A stretch of 32,000 nucleotides of DNA, taken from NCBI RefSeq assembly GCF_009707865.1, contig NZ_WMBA01000048.1, forward strand, positions 1-32,000, written 5' to 3'. Shown in pieces: positions 18,801-27,269 of the stretch. A program made the position numbers and the translations under genes. The DNA comes from Amycolatopsis pithecellobii (GTDB lineage Bacteria; Actinomycetota; Actinomycetes; Mycobacteriales; Pseudonocardiaceae). Every line of letters starts with the position of its first letter. Positions within the stretch are counted from its first letter, which is position 1. The notes beneath the pieces were generated by a model that saw only the letters and a list, made by a program, of their open reading frames with translations, was not told where the DNA came from and did no database searches.

Positions 18801-20141
18801 CGTGCGAGCGATCGGCGCGAAAGTGTCGAGGAAACGGCCGACGTCGTCGAAGGTGAAGGCCAGCGGAGGACGAATCTTCAGGACGTTCACACCGATGCCG
18901 GTGCCGTTGATGAGAATGTGCTGGTCGCGCAGCGCGTTGATCACCGCTTCGGTCCGGGACCGGTCCGGCGTGGCAGTGTCGCGGTCGGTGACGATCTCGA
19001 CACCGATATACAAGCCCGCCCCGCGCACCTCGGCGACATGCGCGGATTCCGCGAGGATTTCACGCAGTCCCTCACGTAAGGCCGTGCCGGTGGCCAGGAC
19101 GCGTTCCGCCACTCGTTCGGTCTCCAGGACGTCGAGCACGGCCGCCGCCGCCGCGATCGGGACCGAGCTGCCCCCGAAGGTGTTGAAATAGCGGACATTC
19201 CGGCCGAACTCGTCGGAGACCTCAGGGCGGAACACCACGCCCGACAGGGGGAGCCCGTTGGCCATCGGCTTGCCCATCGTGACGATATCGGGAACCACGT
19301 CATGGCGCTGGAAGCCCCACATCGACTCACCGAGCCTGGCGAACCCGGACTGAACCTCATCAGCGATGTAGATCCCGCCGGCGGTGTGTGCTTCGTCGAT
19401 CATGACCTGGAGGTAGCCGACCGGATCGGTGAAGATTCCGTCGCTTGTGTGCGCGTTGTCGGTGATCAGCGCGGCCAGCCCGGATCCGTGGCGCTCCAGG
19501 TCGGCGATCGCCCCTCGCACCTGTTCCCGCATGTACTCGGCCAATGTTGTGCCCGCGGGTACCCGTCGCGGATCCGGCGGTTCGATCAGCCGCACGTTCG
19601 GGCCCAGCGGAGAGCCCGTTCCCAGGTGCGGGGAGAAAGACGCGGTCTCGCGCGTGATCCCGTGATAGGCGTAGCGAGTGACCACAATGCCCTCGTGGCC
19701 CGTGTGGAATCGGGCGACCCGGACCGCGAGATCGTTGGCCTCTGAACCCGAGCACGCGAACGTCACCCGGGACAGCTCCACCGGGAAGGTCGCCACCAGC
19801 CGTTCGGCGTATTCGACCAGGTCGTTCTGCACATACCGGGTGTTGGTATTCAGCGTCGCCATCTGCCGGTCCACCGCCTCCACCACATGAGGATGGCAGT
19901 GGCCGACACACGGCACGTTGTTGTACGCGTCGAGGAAGTCGTTGCCCTCCGCGTCGAACAGGTGGGCTCCGCGGCCTGACACGAACCCGACCGGCTCCCG
20001 GTAGATCAGCGAGTAGCCCGGCCCCAGCACGTTCATCCGCCGCTCGATCGTCGATCGCAGTTCCGGGGCCAGTTCGGCCAGCGATCCTGGATCGAACCGA
20101 TTCGGATAGTTCGCCAGTGCCCGGCCCATGGTGAAGGTCAT
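18792..20141 (-). CDS. Class-III PLP-dependent enzyme, AGXT2L-like (aminotransferase or phospho-lyase type), apparently intact
   Basis: NNVPCVGHCHPHVV, GSEANDLAV, AYHG, IADEVQSGF and PDIVTMGKPMANG (Schiff-base Lys codon AAG at 19271-19269). ATG at 20141 is preceded by GAGGTG; the track start (GTG 20150) is 3 codons longer. Confidence 0.85.
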   Translation of the reverse strand: MTFTMGRALANYPNRFDPGSLAELAPELRSTIERRMNVLGPGYSLIYREPVGFVSGRGAHLFDAEGNDFLDAYNNVPCVGHCHPHVVEAVDRQMATLNTNTRYVQNDLVEYAERLVATFPVELSRVTFACSGSEANDLAVRVARFHTGHEGIVVTRYAYHGITRETASFSPHLGTGSPLGPNVRLIEPPDPRRVPAGTTLAEYMREQVRGAIADLERHGSGLAALITDNAHTSDGIFTDPVGYLQVMIDEAHTAGGIYIADEVQSGFARLGESMWGFQRHDVVPDIVTMGKPMANGLPLSGVVFRPEVSDEFGRNVRYFNTFGGSSVPIAAAAAVLDVLETERVAERVLATGTALREGLREILAESAHVAEVRGAGLYIGVEIVTDRDTATPDRSRTEAVINALRDQHILINGTGIGVNVLKIRPPLAFTFDDVGRFLDTFAPIARTHL

Positions 20142-20159
20142 CGAAACCACCTCGGGACT

Positions 20160-20184
20160 AAGTTTCAGTTTCAGTCAGAAACTT
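20160..20184. promoter_or_regulatory. Candidate operator in the aminotransferase/ROK divergent intergenic region
   Basis: AAGTTTC-N11-GAAACTT inverted repeat with an internal AGTTTC AGTTTC tandem, set in an AT-rich patch of otherwise GC-rich DNA. Confidence 0.3.
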
Positions 20185-20264
20185 TATCCAGACCAGCACC
20201 AAAAGGCAATGTTCTTCCTCCATACAGGCTGGAACTGAGACAAAACACTCGTTAAGGTTGTCCG

Positions 20265-21446
20265 ATGAGTTCGCCGACCGCCCGTGACCACAACACGGCC
20301 AGCGTGCTCGGGGTGGTTCTTGCCGGGGCCCCGATCACCCGCAACCAGGTCATGGCGTCGACCGGGCTGAGCAAGGCCACCGTCTCCCGTGCCGTGGAGG
20401 AACTGCGCATCGCGGGCCTGGTTGTCGACGGCGAAGTGGACAGCGTGGCCGGCCGTGGTCGCCGGTCGACCTATCTCGACCTGGCGCGCAGCGCTGGGCA
20501 TGTGGCCGGCGTCAGCTTCGGGGTACAGGACACCCGTCTGCTGGTCACCGACCTGCGGGGCCGGGCGATCACCAAGGAGTCGCACGCCACGCCCGGTCTG
20601 GCTTCCGCGGCGGAGGCCGGGGCCTGGCTGGCGCGGCACGTACGCCGGGTGAGTGCGGCCGCCGATGGCGCCCTCCGCCAGGTCGTGGTCGCGGTCCCGG
20701 CCACCGTGCGGGCAGGCGCCGAGGTCGTGCGCCCCCCGGATGCGCTCGGCTTCCTCGCCGGGACGGCGCTGCACGACACCATGCAGCGCAAGTTCGAAGC
20801 ACCGGTCAGCTTCGACAGCGACGCCAACGCGGCGTTACTCGGAACGCTCGCCGAGGAGGACCTCGGCGAGCGGGGAGATGCCGTCCTGTTCAGCGTCAGC
20901 AGCGTCTTCACGGCCGCGGCCTGCGTCGACCGGCAACTGGTGCGCGGACATACCGCGGCCTTCGGAGAGCTCGGTGTTTTGCGGGCCGGTGTCGGCGATG
21001 AGACCCTCGGCCGGCTACTGAGCAGCAGGGGATTTCTCGACTTCGCTCGCCAGCGAGGCTTACGGCTCCGGCGGATCGAGCACGCCTGGACCCGCACCCT
21101 GCCGGGGAGCGAAGCGGTTGTGGCTGCGTTCACCTCGGCCGTCATCACCGCGGTCGGCGTCGTCGCCGTGACACTCGACCCCGCCATCGTCTTCTTCACC
21201 GGTCGTCTCGCGCCGCTCGTGGAAAAGGTGCTGCCCGAAGTTCGCGACGCACTGGCATCCGCACTGCCGGTCGTGCCGGCCATCGTAACCTCCAGCACGC
21301 GTGAGCTCGGCCTGTCGACGATCCGGGGCGCCGCCGAAGCCGGGCTCCGCGCCGCCCACCGGCAATTGCGCGACCACGTGCTGACCGTGCGCTCGAAGCG
21401 GCTTTACGCCGAAGCCGATGGGCTGGCCGGGCCATACCTTTCATAA
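20265..21446 (+). CDS. ROK-family transcriptional regulator
   Basis: N-terminal winged HTH (ITRNQVMASTGLSKATVSRAVEELRIAGLV) followed by a sugar-kinase-like ROK body (VVVAVPATV..., DSDANAALLG). Confidence 0.8.
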   Translation: MSSPTARDHNTASVLGVVLAGAPITRNQVMASTGLSKATVSRAVEELRIAGLVVDGEVDSVAGRGRRSTYLDLARSAGHVAGVSFGVQDTRLLVTDLRGRAITKESHATPGLASAAEAGAWLARHVRRVSAAADGALRQVVVAVPATVRAGAEVVRPPDALGFLAGTALHDTMQRKFEAPVSFDSDANAALLGTLAEEDLGERGDAVLFSVSSVFTAAACVDRQLVRGHTAAFGELGVLRAGVGDETLGRLLSSRGFLDFARQRGLRLRRIEHAWTRTLPGSEAVVAAFTSAVITAVGVVAVTLDPAIVFFTGRLAPLVEKVLPEVRDALASALPVVPAIVTSSTRELGLSTIRGAAEAGLRAAHRQLRDHVLTVRSKRLYAEADGLAGPYLS

Positions 21447-22651
21447 AACGCACGCCCTCGGGGCGACTTCAGCCATTCCGTGGCCATCGCCAGTAATGCG
21501 GCCTCGTTGGGAACCGCGAGGCTCAGGCCGGTCGCGTCCTCCACTGCCTTCAGCCGGTTCCGGATGGTGTTGCGATGCCGGTAGGTCTGCTCGGCCACCG
21601 CTGCCACCGATCCGAGTTCGAGAAAACTGCACAGCGTTTCGATGATGCTGTCGCACTCACGGAGTTTCATCAACGGAGTAAGGACCTCCCCGGCCATGAG
21701 GCCCGCGAGTTCCTCGTTGCCCGACATGATGGCGCCGACCCAATGGGACTTGATGGGGCGGATACCGGACTCGACGCTGCTCCGCATCGCGGCGCGAGCC
21801 AGCCGTACTCCGGCGGCGGTGTTCCCGAGCCCGGTGATTTCCGCGGTCCCGCAACGCCAGTCGTCCAGTGGCCGGAGCATGCGGTGAATGGCGCGACCGG
21901 GTTGACGTCCGCTGTTCACGATTCCCAGTAACTCGTCGCCGAGATATCCGAAATGAAAGGGGAGGCTGGCCTGCTGGAGCGCGTTGCGACATTTCGTGAG
22001 GGCGTGATGCTGAATCGGCACTCCGGCGGCCACGACGACGGTGAAGCTGCCGTGCGCCGCCATGCCCAGAGCGGCCGAAGCCTCGGCGACGACAGCGTCG
22101 TCGTGTTCTCCCTCCAGGATCAGGCGCTCGAACGCACGCCTGCGGATCTCGAAGCGGTGACTGTCCAAATGGGCCTGCGTACGCCGGTATGCGTCGACGA
22201 CTTCGATGTTGTTGGCATCGATCGCTTCCCAGGCCACCAGAAGGCCATCGAGAAAATTGTGTCCGTCGGCAAGGCCCCGGCTGCGTCCCTCCTCGATGAT
22301 CGCCTCCCACACGGTGTGGAGGTCCAATTGAAACGAACGAACTACCGCGGGTAGCGGAAAGCCTTGTTCGGCTCGCTGCCGGCCGACGTCTGCCGTGGCT
22401 TGCGCGACTTCGGAGGGCACCGCTTCGCCCGCGAGCCGGGTGAGTGCCAGCCGGAGTGTCCTACGCATGCCCGCCAGTTTCTGCCCCGGCTCGGTTTCGA
22501 TCATCCCCGCATAAGCGGGCTCCTCCCGATCGAGGCGGGCTTGAGCAGTGACGGCCAGTTCGTCAAGGCGCTCGGTGAGCAGCATTTTGGCGATCGAGCG
22601 GACCGCCTCGTCTTGACGGCCTCGGCTCCAGTCGTCGGCTGATGTCCTCAT
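21404..22651 (-). CDS. PucR/CdaR-family transcriptional regulator
   Basis: C-terminal PucR HTH (AVAEQTYRHRNTIRNRLKAVEDATGLSL). ATG at 22651 has GAGGGGTG upstream; the track start at 22678 is 9 codons longer. The 3' end overlaps the convergent ROK gene by 43 nt. Confidence 0.8.
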   Translation of the reverse strand: MRTSADDWSRGRQDEAVRSIAKMLLTERLDELAVTAQARLDREEPAYAGMIETEPGQKLAGMRRTLRLALTRLAGEAVPSEVAQATADVGRQRAEQGFPLPAVVRSFQLDLHTVWEAIIEEGRSRGLADGHNFLDGLLVAWEAIDANNIEVVDAYRRTQAHLDSHRFEIRRRAFERLILEGEHDDAVVAEASAALGMAAHGSFTVVVAAGVPIQHHALTKCRNALQQASLPFHFGYLGDELLGIVNSGRQPGRAIHRMLRPLDDWRCGTAEITGLGNTAAGVRLARAAMRSSVESGIRPIKSHWVGAIMSGNEELAGLMAGEVLTPLMKLRECDSIIETLCSFLELGSVAAVAEQTYRHRNTIRNRLKAVEDATGLSLAVPNEAALLAMATEWLKSPRGRAFYERYGPASPSASA

Positions 22652-22690
22652 GACCACACCCCTCGTCCGTGGGCCCACGATCTGTGCGGA

Positions 22691-22706
22691 TTGTGCATGC
22701 GCACAA
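22691..22706. promoter_or_regulatory. Candidate operator palindrome between pucR and the permease gene
   Basis: TTGTGC-ATGC-GCACAA, with a further TGTGCG half-site at 22683-22688, in the 150-bp divergent intergenic region. Confidence 0.3.
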
Positions 22707-22802
22707 TAATAGGCGTGTCATCGCAGGTCAAAGCTCCATTGACCCTTCCTGGTCGGCGCTGATTGACTAGTCGAAATCCACCCGTGAAGAGACGGTGATC
22801 AC

Positions 22803-24281
22803 ATGAGCGTATCGCCCACGGCAGAAGCAGCGGAGCCGCAGCGGAGTCGGCCGGCCACGGAAAGTGGCCTGAGCAAGAATAGCATCGGCGTCACCGGCAT
22901 TGTGTTCTTCGTGGTCGCCGCCGCCGCACCGCTGACCGTTGTCATCGCGCTTTACCCGCTCATTATCGGTAGTGGCAACGGCATCGGAATCGCCGGCGCG
23001 TTCCTCGCGATAGCGATCGTGCTACTGGTCTTTTCGGTCGGGTACGTCGCCATGAGCAGGCACGTGACCAACGCCGGCGCCTTCTATGCCTACGTCACGC
23101 TGGGGTTGGGCCGCTCCCCCGGTCTCGGGGCCGCCAGCCTGGCGGTTTTCGGCTACAACGCCATCCAGCTCGGGCTGTACGGTGGCATCGGCTATTACGC
23201 ACACGACCTGGTGAAGGACTGGGCCGGCATCGACGTGCCGTGGTGGCTGTACTCATTCCTGGCCATGCTGATATGCCTTGTGCTGGGTGTGAATCGTATT
23301 CACTCCGGTGCCCGTGTCCTGGGCGCGCTGCTAACACTGGAAACCGCGGTCATCATCGTCCTGAACGTGGCGATCCTGTTCAATTCCGACACACCAGTCG
23401 GCAAATTCTCCTTTCAGCCATTCGCGCCGTCGACAATTTTCGCCGGGGCGGTCGGGGTCGCTCTCATGTTCGCCCACGCTTCCTTTATCGGCTTCGAAGG
23501 TACCGCGATCTACGGTGAAGAAGCCCGGGATCCGAAGCGGACCGTGCCCCGCGCCACCTATATTTCGGTGATCTTCATGGGCGTGTTCTACGCGATTACC
23601 TCCTGGCTGATCGTGAACGCCCTGGGCGTCGACAACGCGGTGTCCGTGGCGAAGGAACAGTCGGGAAATCTGGTGTTCGCCGTCAGTGACCGCGTGCTGC
23701 CGGCCGTGCTGACCGGAGTGATCCACATTCTGATCATCACCAGCATGTTCGCGGCACTGCTGACCTTTCACAACAATGTCGCACGCTACCTGTTTTCACT
23801 GGCCCGCCAGGGTGCGCTGCCCGCTTTCCTCGGCCGGACCCACGTCAAGCGCCAGTCACCGCACGTGGCATGTGTGGTCCAGACCATTATGGTGGGTGTG
23901 GTCGTCGCCGTGTTCGCCTTGGCCCGCCTCGACCCGTACACCACGTTGTTCTCCTGGATGACCGGGATCGGCGCGGTGGCCATCATTCTGCTGCAGTTCG
24001 TCGCGAGCATCGCGGTCTTCGTGTTCTTCCGCCGCAACAATCTCGACAAGCGCGTGTGGAACACCGTGATCGCGCCCCTGCTGGGCATGGCCGGGCTGGC
24101 ACCGATTCTCTATTTCGCGCTCAGCCAGGTCGACGTCCTGCTGGGCACCGGTGGCTGGCTCGCGACGCTACTGGTCGGTCTGGTGTTCGCGTCCCTGCTC
24201 GGCGGCATCGCATGGGGGCTCGTCCTTCGTAAGGCCAGGCCGGAGGCCTATTCACGGCTGCTCAGCGACGTCGGCCGATAG
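22803..24281 (+). CDS. APC-superfamily amino acid/amine permease
   Basis: 492 aa and highly hydrophobic, with about 12 predicted TM segments. APC-like motifs (FFVVAAAAPLTVV, GFEGTAIYGEEARDPKRTVPRA). Confidence 0.85.
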   Translation: MSVSPTAEAAEPQRSRPATESGLSKNSIGVTGIVFFVVAAAAPLTVVIALYPLIIGSGNGIGIAGAFLAIAIVLLVFSVGYVAMSRHVTNAGAFYAYVTLGLGRSPGLGAASLAVFGYNAIQLGLYGGIGYYAHDLVKDWAGIDVPWWLYSFLAMLICLVLGVNRIHSGARVLGALLTLETAVIIVLNVAILFNSDTPVGKFSFQPFAPSTIFAGAVGVALMFAHASFIGFEGTAIYGEEARDPKRTVPRATYISVIFMGVFYAITSWLIVNALGVDNAVSVAKEQSGNLVFAVSDRVLPAVLTGVIHILIITSMFAALLTFHNNVARYLFSLARQGALPAFLGRTHVKRQSPHVACVVQTIMVGVVVAVFALARLDPYTTLFSWMTGIGAVAIILLQFVASIAVFVFFRRNNLDKRVWNTVIAPLLGMAGLAPILYFALSQVDVLLGTGGWLATLLVGLVFASLLGGIAWGLVLRKARPEAYSRLLSDVGR

Positions 24282-24350
24282 CGCCGGTCCCGCTGTGCGC
24301 GGGCACAGACAGCCCTTCAACTTGGACTACACAGTGAGAGGTATCCGCAG

Positions 24351-27269
24351 ATGACTTCGGTCACCGCCGACGACGCCGGCAAAGCAACCTTGATGCGGCT
24401 TCCCGAGCATATGCTGACGGCGGCACTGCTGCGTTACTTCGATATCACCTGTGTCGCCAGCGAGCGGCTGGGCGGCGAAATCGACCAGAACTTCAAGGTC
24501 ATCGATCCGAATGGGCAGAGCTATTTCGTCCGTGTGACCCGGGCCGAGCCCTCGTCGGTCGATCTCGCCTGGCAAAACACCCTGTTGCGGCATCTTGCCA
24601 GGACCGTGCCGGAACTACCGGTTCCCCGCCTTGTCAGGACTGCGTCGGGCGATGACCAGGTTGATCTTTCCTACGCCGGAAAGTCCTATGTCGTCCGCGT
24701 GATGAGCTGGTTGCGTGGCCGCCCGCTGGTCGAAATCCCGCACCATCCGACAAACCTGTTACGCGATCTCGGCACCATGGCGGGCCGCATGCACCTGGGC
24801 CTGTCGGGCCTGGCCCGGCCGGACGGACTGGCCGGTCATGACTGGGACGTGTTACGCGGCCGCGAGATCATCGACAGCTCGATCTCGTTCGTCGACGATC
24901 GGACGGACGCGGCACACGTCGGCGAAATCATGACGTGGTTCGATGATATCCGGGCGGGCCTGCCGAACCTGCCTCATTGCGTTGTGCACCACGACCTCAA
25001 CGATGCCAACGTACTCGCGGACCTGGACGAAAACGGCGTCCTGCGGATCAGTGGAATGGTCGACGTCGGCGACGCCATGTACAGCGTCCGCGCCGTCGAG
25101 GTCGCCATCGCGGCCGGGTATGCGATGCTTCGCAAAGACGACCCGTTGGCCGCCGCCGCCGAGGTGGTGGCCGGTTTCCACGCTGTCGTGCCGCTCACCG
25201 CGGAGGAACTCGCCGCGGTCTATCCGTTGGCGGCCACCCGACTGTGCATGAATGCCGTGACCTGGTATCGCCGGGTGGCGGAGTCGGGATCGGAGTACGG
25301 GCGCAGCCGCTCGCGGCATGTCTGGCCCGCCATCCGGAAACTCACCCGGACTCCGCCCGACCTCGCCGAAGCCATTTTCCGGGCCGCATGCGCATTGCCT
25401 CCGGAAATGGTGGAAGGGGTGAAAACCGCGGGCCAGGCGATCGCGTCCTCCCTCCGCCCCGCGCTCGACCTCGACGCGACGCCGGCGGCCGATATCTATG
25501 ATGATCTCGACTGGACCGATCAGGCCGGGCTACGGGCGGCGGTCCGGAGCCGGCTGGACGGAAGCCCGGGCGTACTGGCGCATCTGGACGCATCCCTCGT
25601 ATGGTCCGGTCCCGGTGCCGGCGGATTGAAGGAGCCGGCCACGGCCAGGCTGGGCACGACGGTGCTCCTCGATGAAGGCACGGAAGTCCGCGTCCCGATC
25701 CACGGCGTCGTCGAACACACCGCGGCCGAAGACCGTCCGCTGGTGTTGCGTCATGACATAGACGGCGCCGAGCTTTACACCTGCTGGTGGAATCTGGAGT
25801 GTGCGCACCGGATCGGCGACGAACTGGCGACGGGTGCCCGGATCGGGGTCGTCGGTCCGCACCCGGTCGAGCCAGGTTTCGGGCCAGGCGTCCAGATACA
25901 ACTTCTGGCCTCGGCACAGATCGCCACCTGGCCACCGCCGCGCCGGATCCGGCCGTCTCAGCGAGCGGCGTGGGAACAACTTTCGGCCGACCCGGTACCA
26001 ATGCCGGGCGAAATCCCCGGGAAGCCGGCCGCGGCGACCTTACCGGAATCCGGCACCGTGCGGCTTCGGGCCAGCCCCATGAATTTCGTGCGTGGCCGGG
26101 ATGTCTGGCTGTTCGATGGAGACGGGCTGGCGTACCTTGATGCGCTGAGCGACGTCGCGCCCGTGGGGCATGCCGAACCACGGATCACTGCCGCGGCAAC
26201 TCGCCAGATGCGCAAACTCGCCACCGGCAGCGGGTTCGTGTCCCCGCAGGTTTCCGGTTATGTCAAAAAACTGGTGGCGACCTTGCCCGCACCGCTCGAA
26301 GTCGTCTTTCTTGTCCGTTCCGGCAGTGAGGCCAACGAACTCGCCGTGCGGATGGCCCGGCAGGTCACCGGGCGCGAAAATGTTGTCGCCGTCGAGGGCT
26401 CGTCTCGTGGGGGTATCTCACGGTACGCGACACACGAGGTTCGGATACCTGACCGCTATCGCGGTCCCTACGGCTATGGCGATCCGGGCGCGGGCTCGAA
26501 ATACGCAAGCGAAGCCGCTGCCGTCATCGAACGAATCGACGCGGACGGCCGTCGGCCCGCGGCCTTCATCGGTGAGCCGCTGATGGGCGAGGCGGGCACC
26601 GTCGTTCTCCCGGAGGGCTATCTTGCCGACGTGTACGACGCGGCCCGGAAGGCGGGCGCGCTCTGTGTCTCCGACGAAGTCCAGACGGGCGTCGGGCGGC
26701 TGGGACCGTGGTGGGGATTCGAAAGCCAGAATGTGGTACCCGACATCGTCACGATGGGGGAATCCCTGGGAAACGGCCATCCGTTGGGCGCTGTCGTCAC
26801 CACCCGGGAAATCGCCGAGGAATTCGGCCGCACTATCGATTGCTTCTCCACTTTCAGCGGGAATCCTGTCTCGTGTGCCATCGGCGAGGCGGTGCTCGAC
26901 ATCGTCGACGGCGACGGTTTGCGGCAGAATGCGGTGGAAGTAGGTGACTATTTCGCGTACGCACTGCGCGAGCTTCAGCACCGGCAGCCGCTGATCGGGG
27001 AAGTACGTGCGCGCGGCTTGTATCTCGGTGTCGAACTCGTCCGCGACCGCGAGACCAAGAAGCCGGCGCGCCGCGAGGCGTCAGTCGCCGCCCAACTGGC
27101 CCGTAACCACCATGGAGTGATGGTTTTCCCGGCGGGTGTGCGGGAAAACGTGCTCACCATCAAGCCACCCCTGACCTTCCGCCGGGACCATGTCGATATC
27201 TACGTGGAGACTCTCGATCAGGTCTTGTCACGGCCTGAGCTTTCCGCCCGTCCGAGTGAGGAGTTTTGA
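24351..27269 (+). CDS. Tripartite fusion: APH/hydroxylysine-kinase-like phosphotransferase + degenerate M23/LytM-like domain + class-III (AGXT2L-like) PLP domain
   Basis: Kinase domain: GGEIDQNF, HHDLNDANVL, VDVGDA (aa 20-300). Middle domain aa 430-520: IGDELATGARIGVVG...GPGVQIQLL. C-terminal domain: GSEANELAV, VSDEVQTGVGR and PDIVTMGESLGNGHP, which has Glu where the PLP lysine is expected. Confidence 0.85.
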   Translation: MTSVTADDAGKATLMRLPEHMLTAALLRYFDITCVASERLGGEIDQNFKVIDPNGQSYFVRVTRAEPSSVDLAWQNTLLRHLARTVPELPVPRLVRTASGDDQVDLSYAGKSYVVRVMSWLRGRPLVEIPHHPTNLLRDLGTMAGRMHLGLSGLARPDGLAGHDWDVLRGREIIDSSISFVDDRTDAAHVGEIMTWFDDIRAGLPNLPHCVVHHDLNDANVLADLDENGVLRISGMVDVGDAMYSVRAVEVAIAAGYAMLRKDDPLAAAAEVVAGFHAVVPLTAEELAAVYPLAATRLCMNAVTWYRRVAESGSEYGRSRSRHVWPAIRKLTRTPPDLAEAIFRAACALPPEMVEGVKTAGQAIASSLRPALDLDATPAADIYDDLDWTDQAGLRAAVRSRLDGSPGVLAHLDASLVWSGPGAGGLKEPATARLGTTVLLDEGTEVRVPIHGVVEHTAAEDRPLVLRHDIDGAELYTCWWNLECAHRIGDELATGARIGVVGPHPVEPGFGPGVQIQLLASAQIATWPPPRRIRPSQRAAWEQLSADPVPMPGEIPGKPAAATLPESGTVRLRASPMNFVRGRDVWLFDGDGLAYLDALSDVAPVGHAEPRITAAATRQMRKLATGSGFVSPQVSGYVKKLVATLPAPLEVVFLVRSGSEANELAVRMARQVTGRENVVAVEGSSRGGISRYATHEVRIPDRYRGPYGYGDPGAGSKYASEAAAVIERIDADGRRPAAFIGEPLMGEAGTVVLPEGYLADVYDAARKAGALCVSDEVQTGVGRLGPWWGFESQNVVPDIVTMGESLGNGHPLGAVVTTREIAEEFGRTIDCFSTFSGNPVSCAIGEAVLDIVDGDGLRQNAVEVGDYFAYALRELQHRQPLIGEVRARGLYLGVELVRDRETKKPARREASVAAQLARNHHGVMVFPAGVRENVLTIKPPLTFRRDHVDIYVETLDQVLSRPELSARPSEEF

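Noticed and set aside
20471-21298. 275-aa minus ORF and other ORFs overlapping the ROK and PucR genes (20184-20774, 21657-22310)
   Set aside because: They are antisense shadows that are Ala/Arg/Ser/Thr/Pro-rich and carry no motifs. The ROK and PucR frames have recognisable HTH domains.
24293-24308. Short hairpin CTGTGC-GCGG-GCACAG after the permease stop
   Set aside because: It has only a 6-bp stem and sits 43 nt before the next, probably co-transcribed, gene. This is too weak to call a terminator.
25342-26181. 279-aa minus ORF and several 90-170-aa ORFs inside 24.3-27.3 kb
   Set aside because: They lie antisense or out of frame within the 972-aa fusion gene, whose three domains account for the whole interval.
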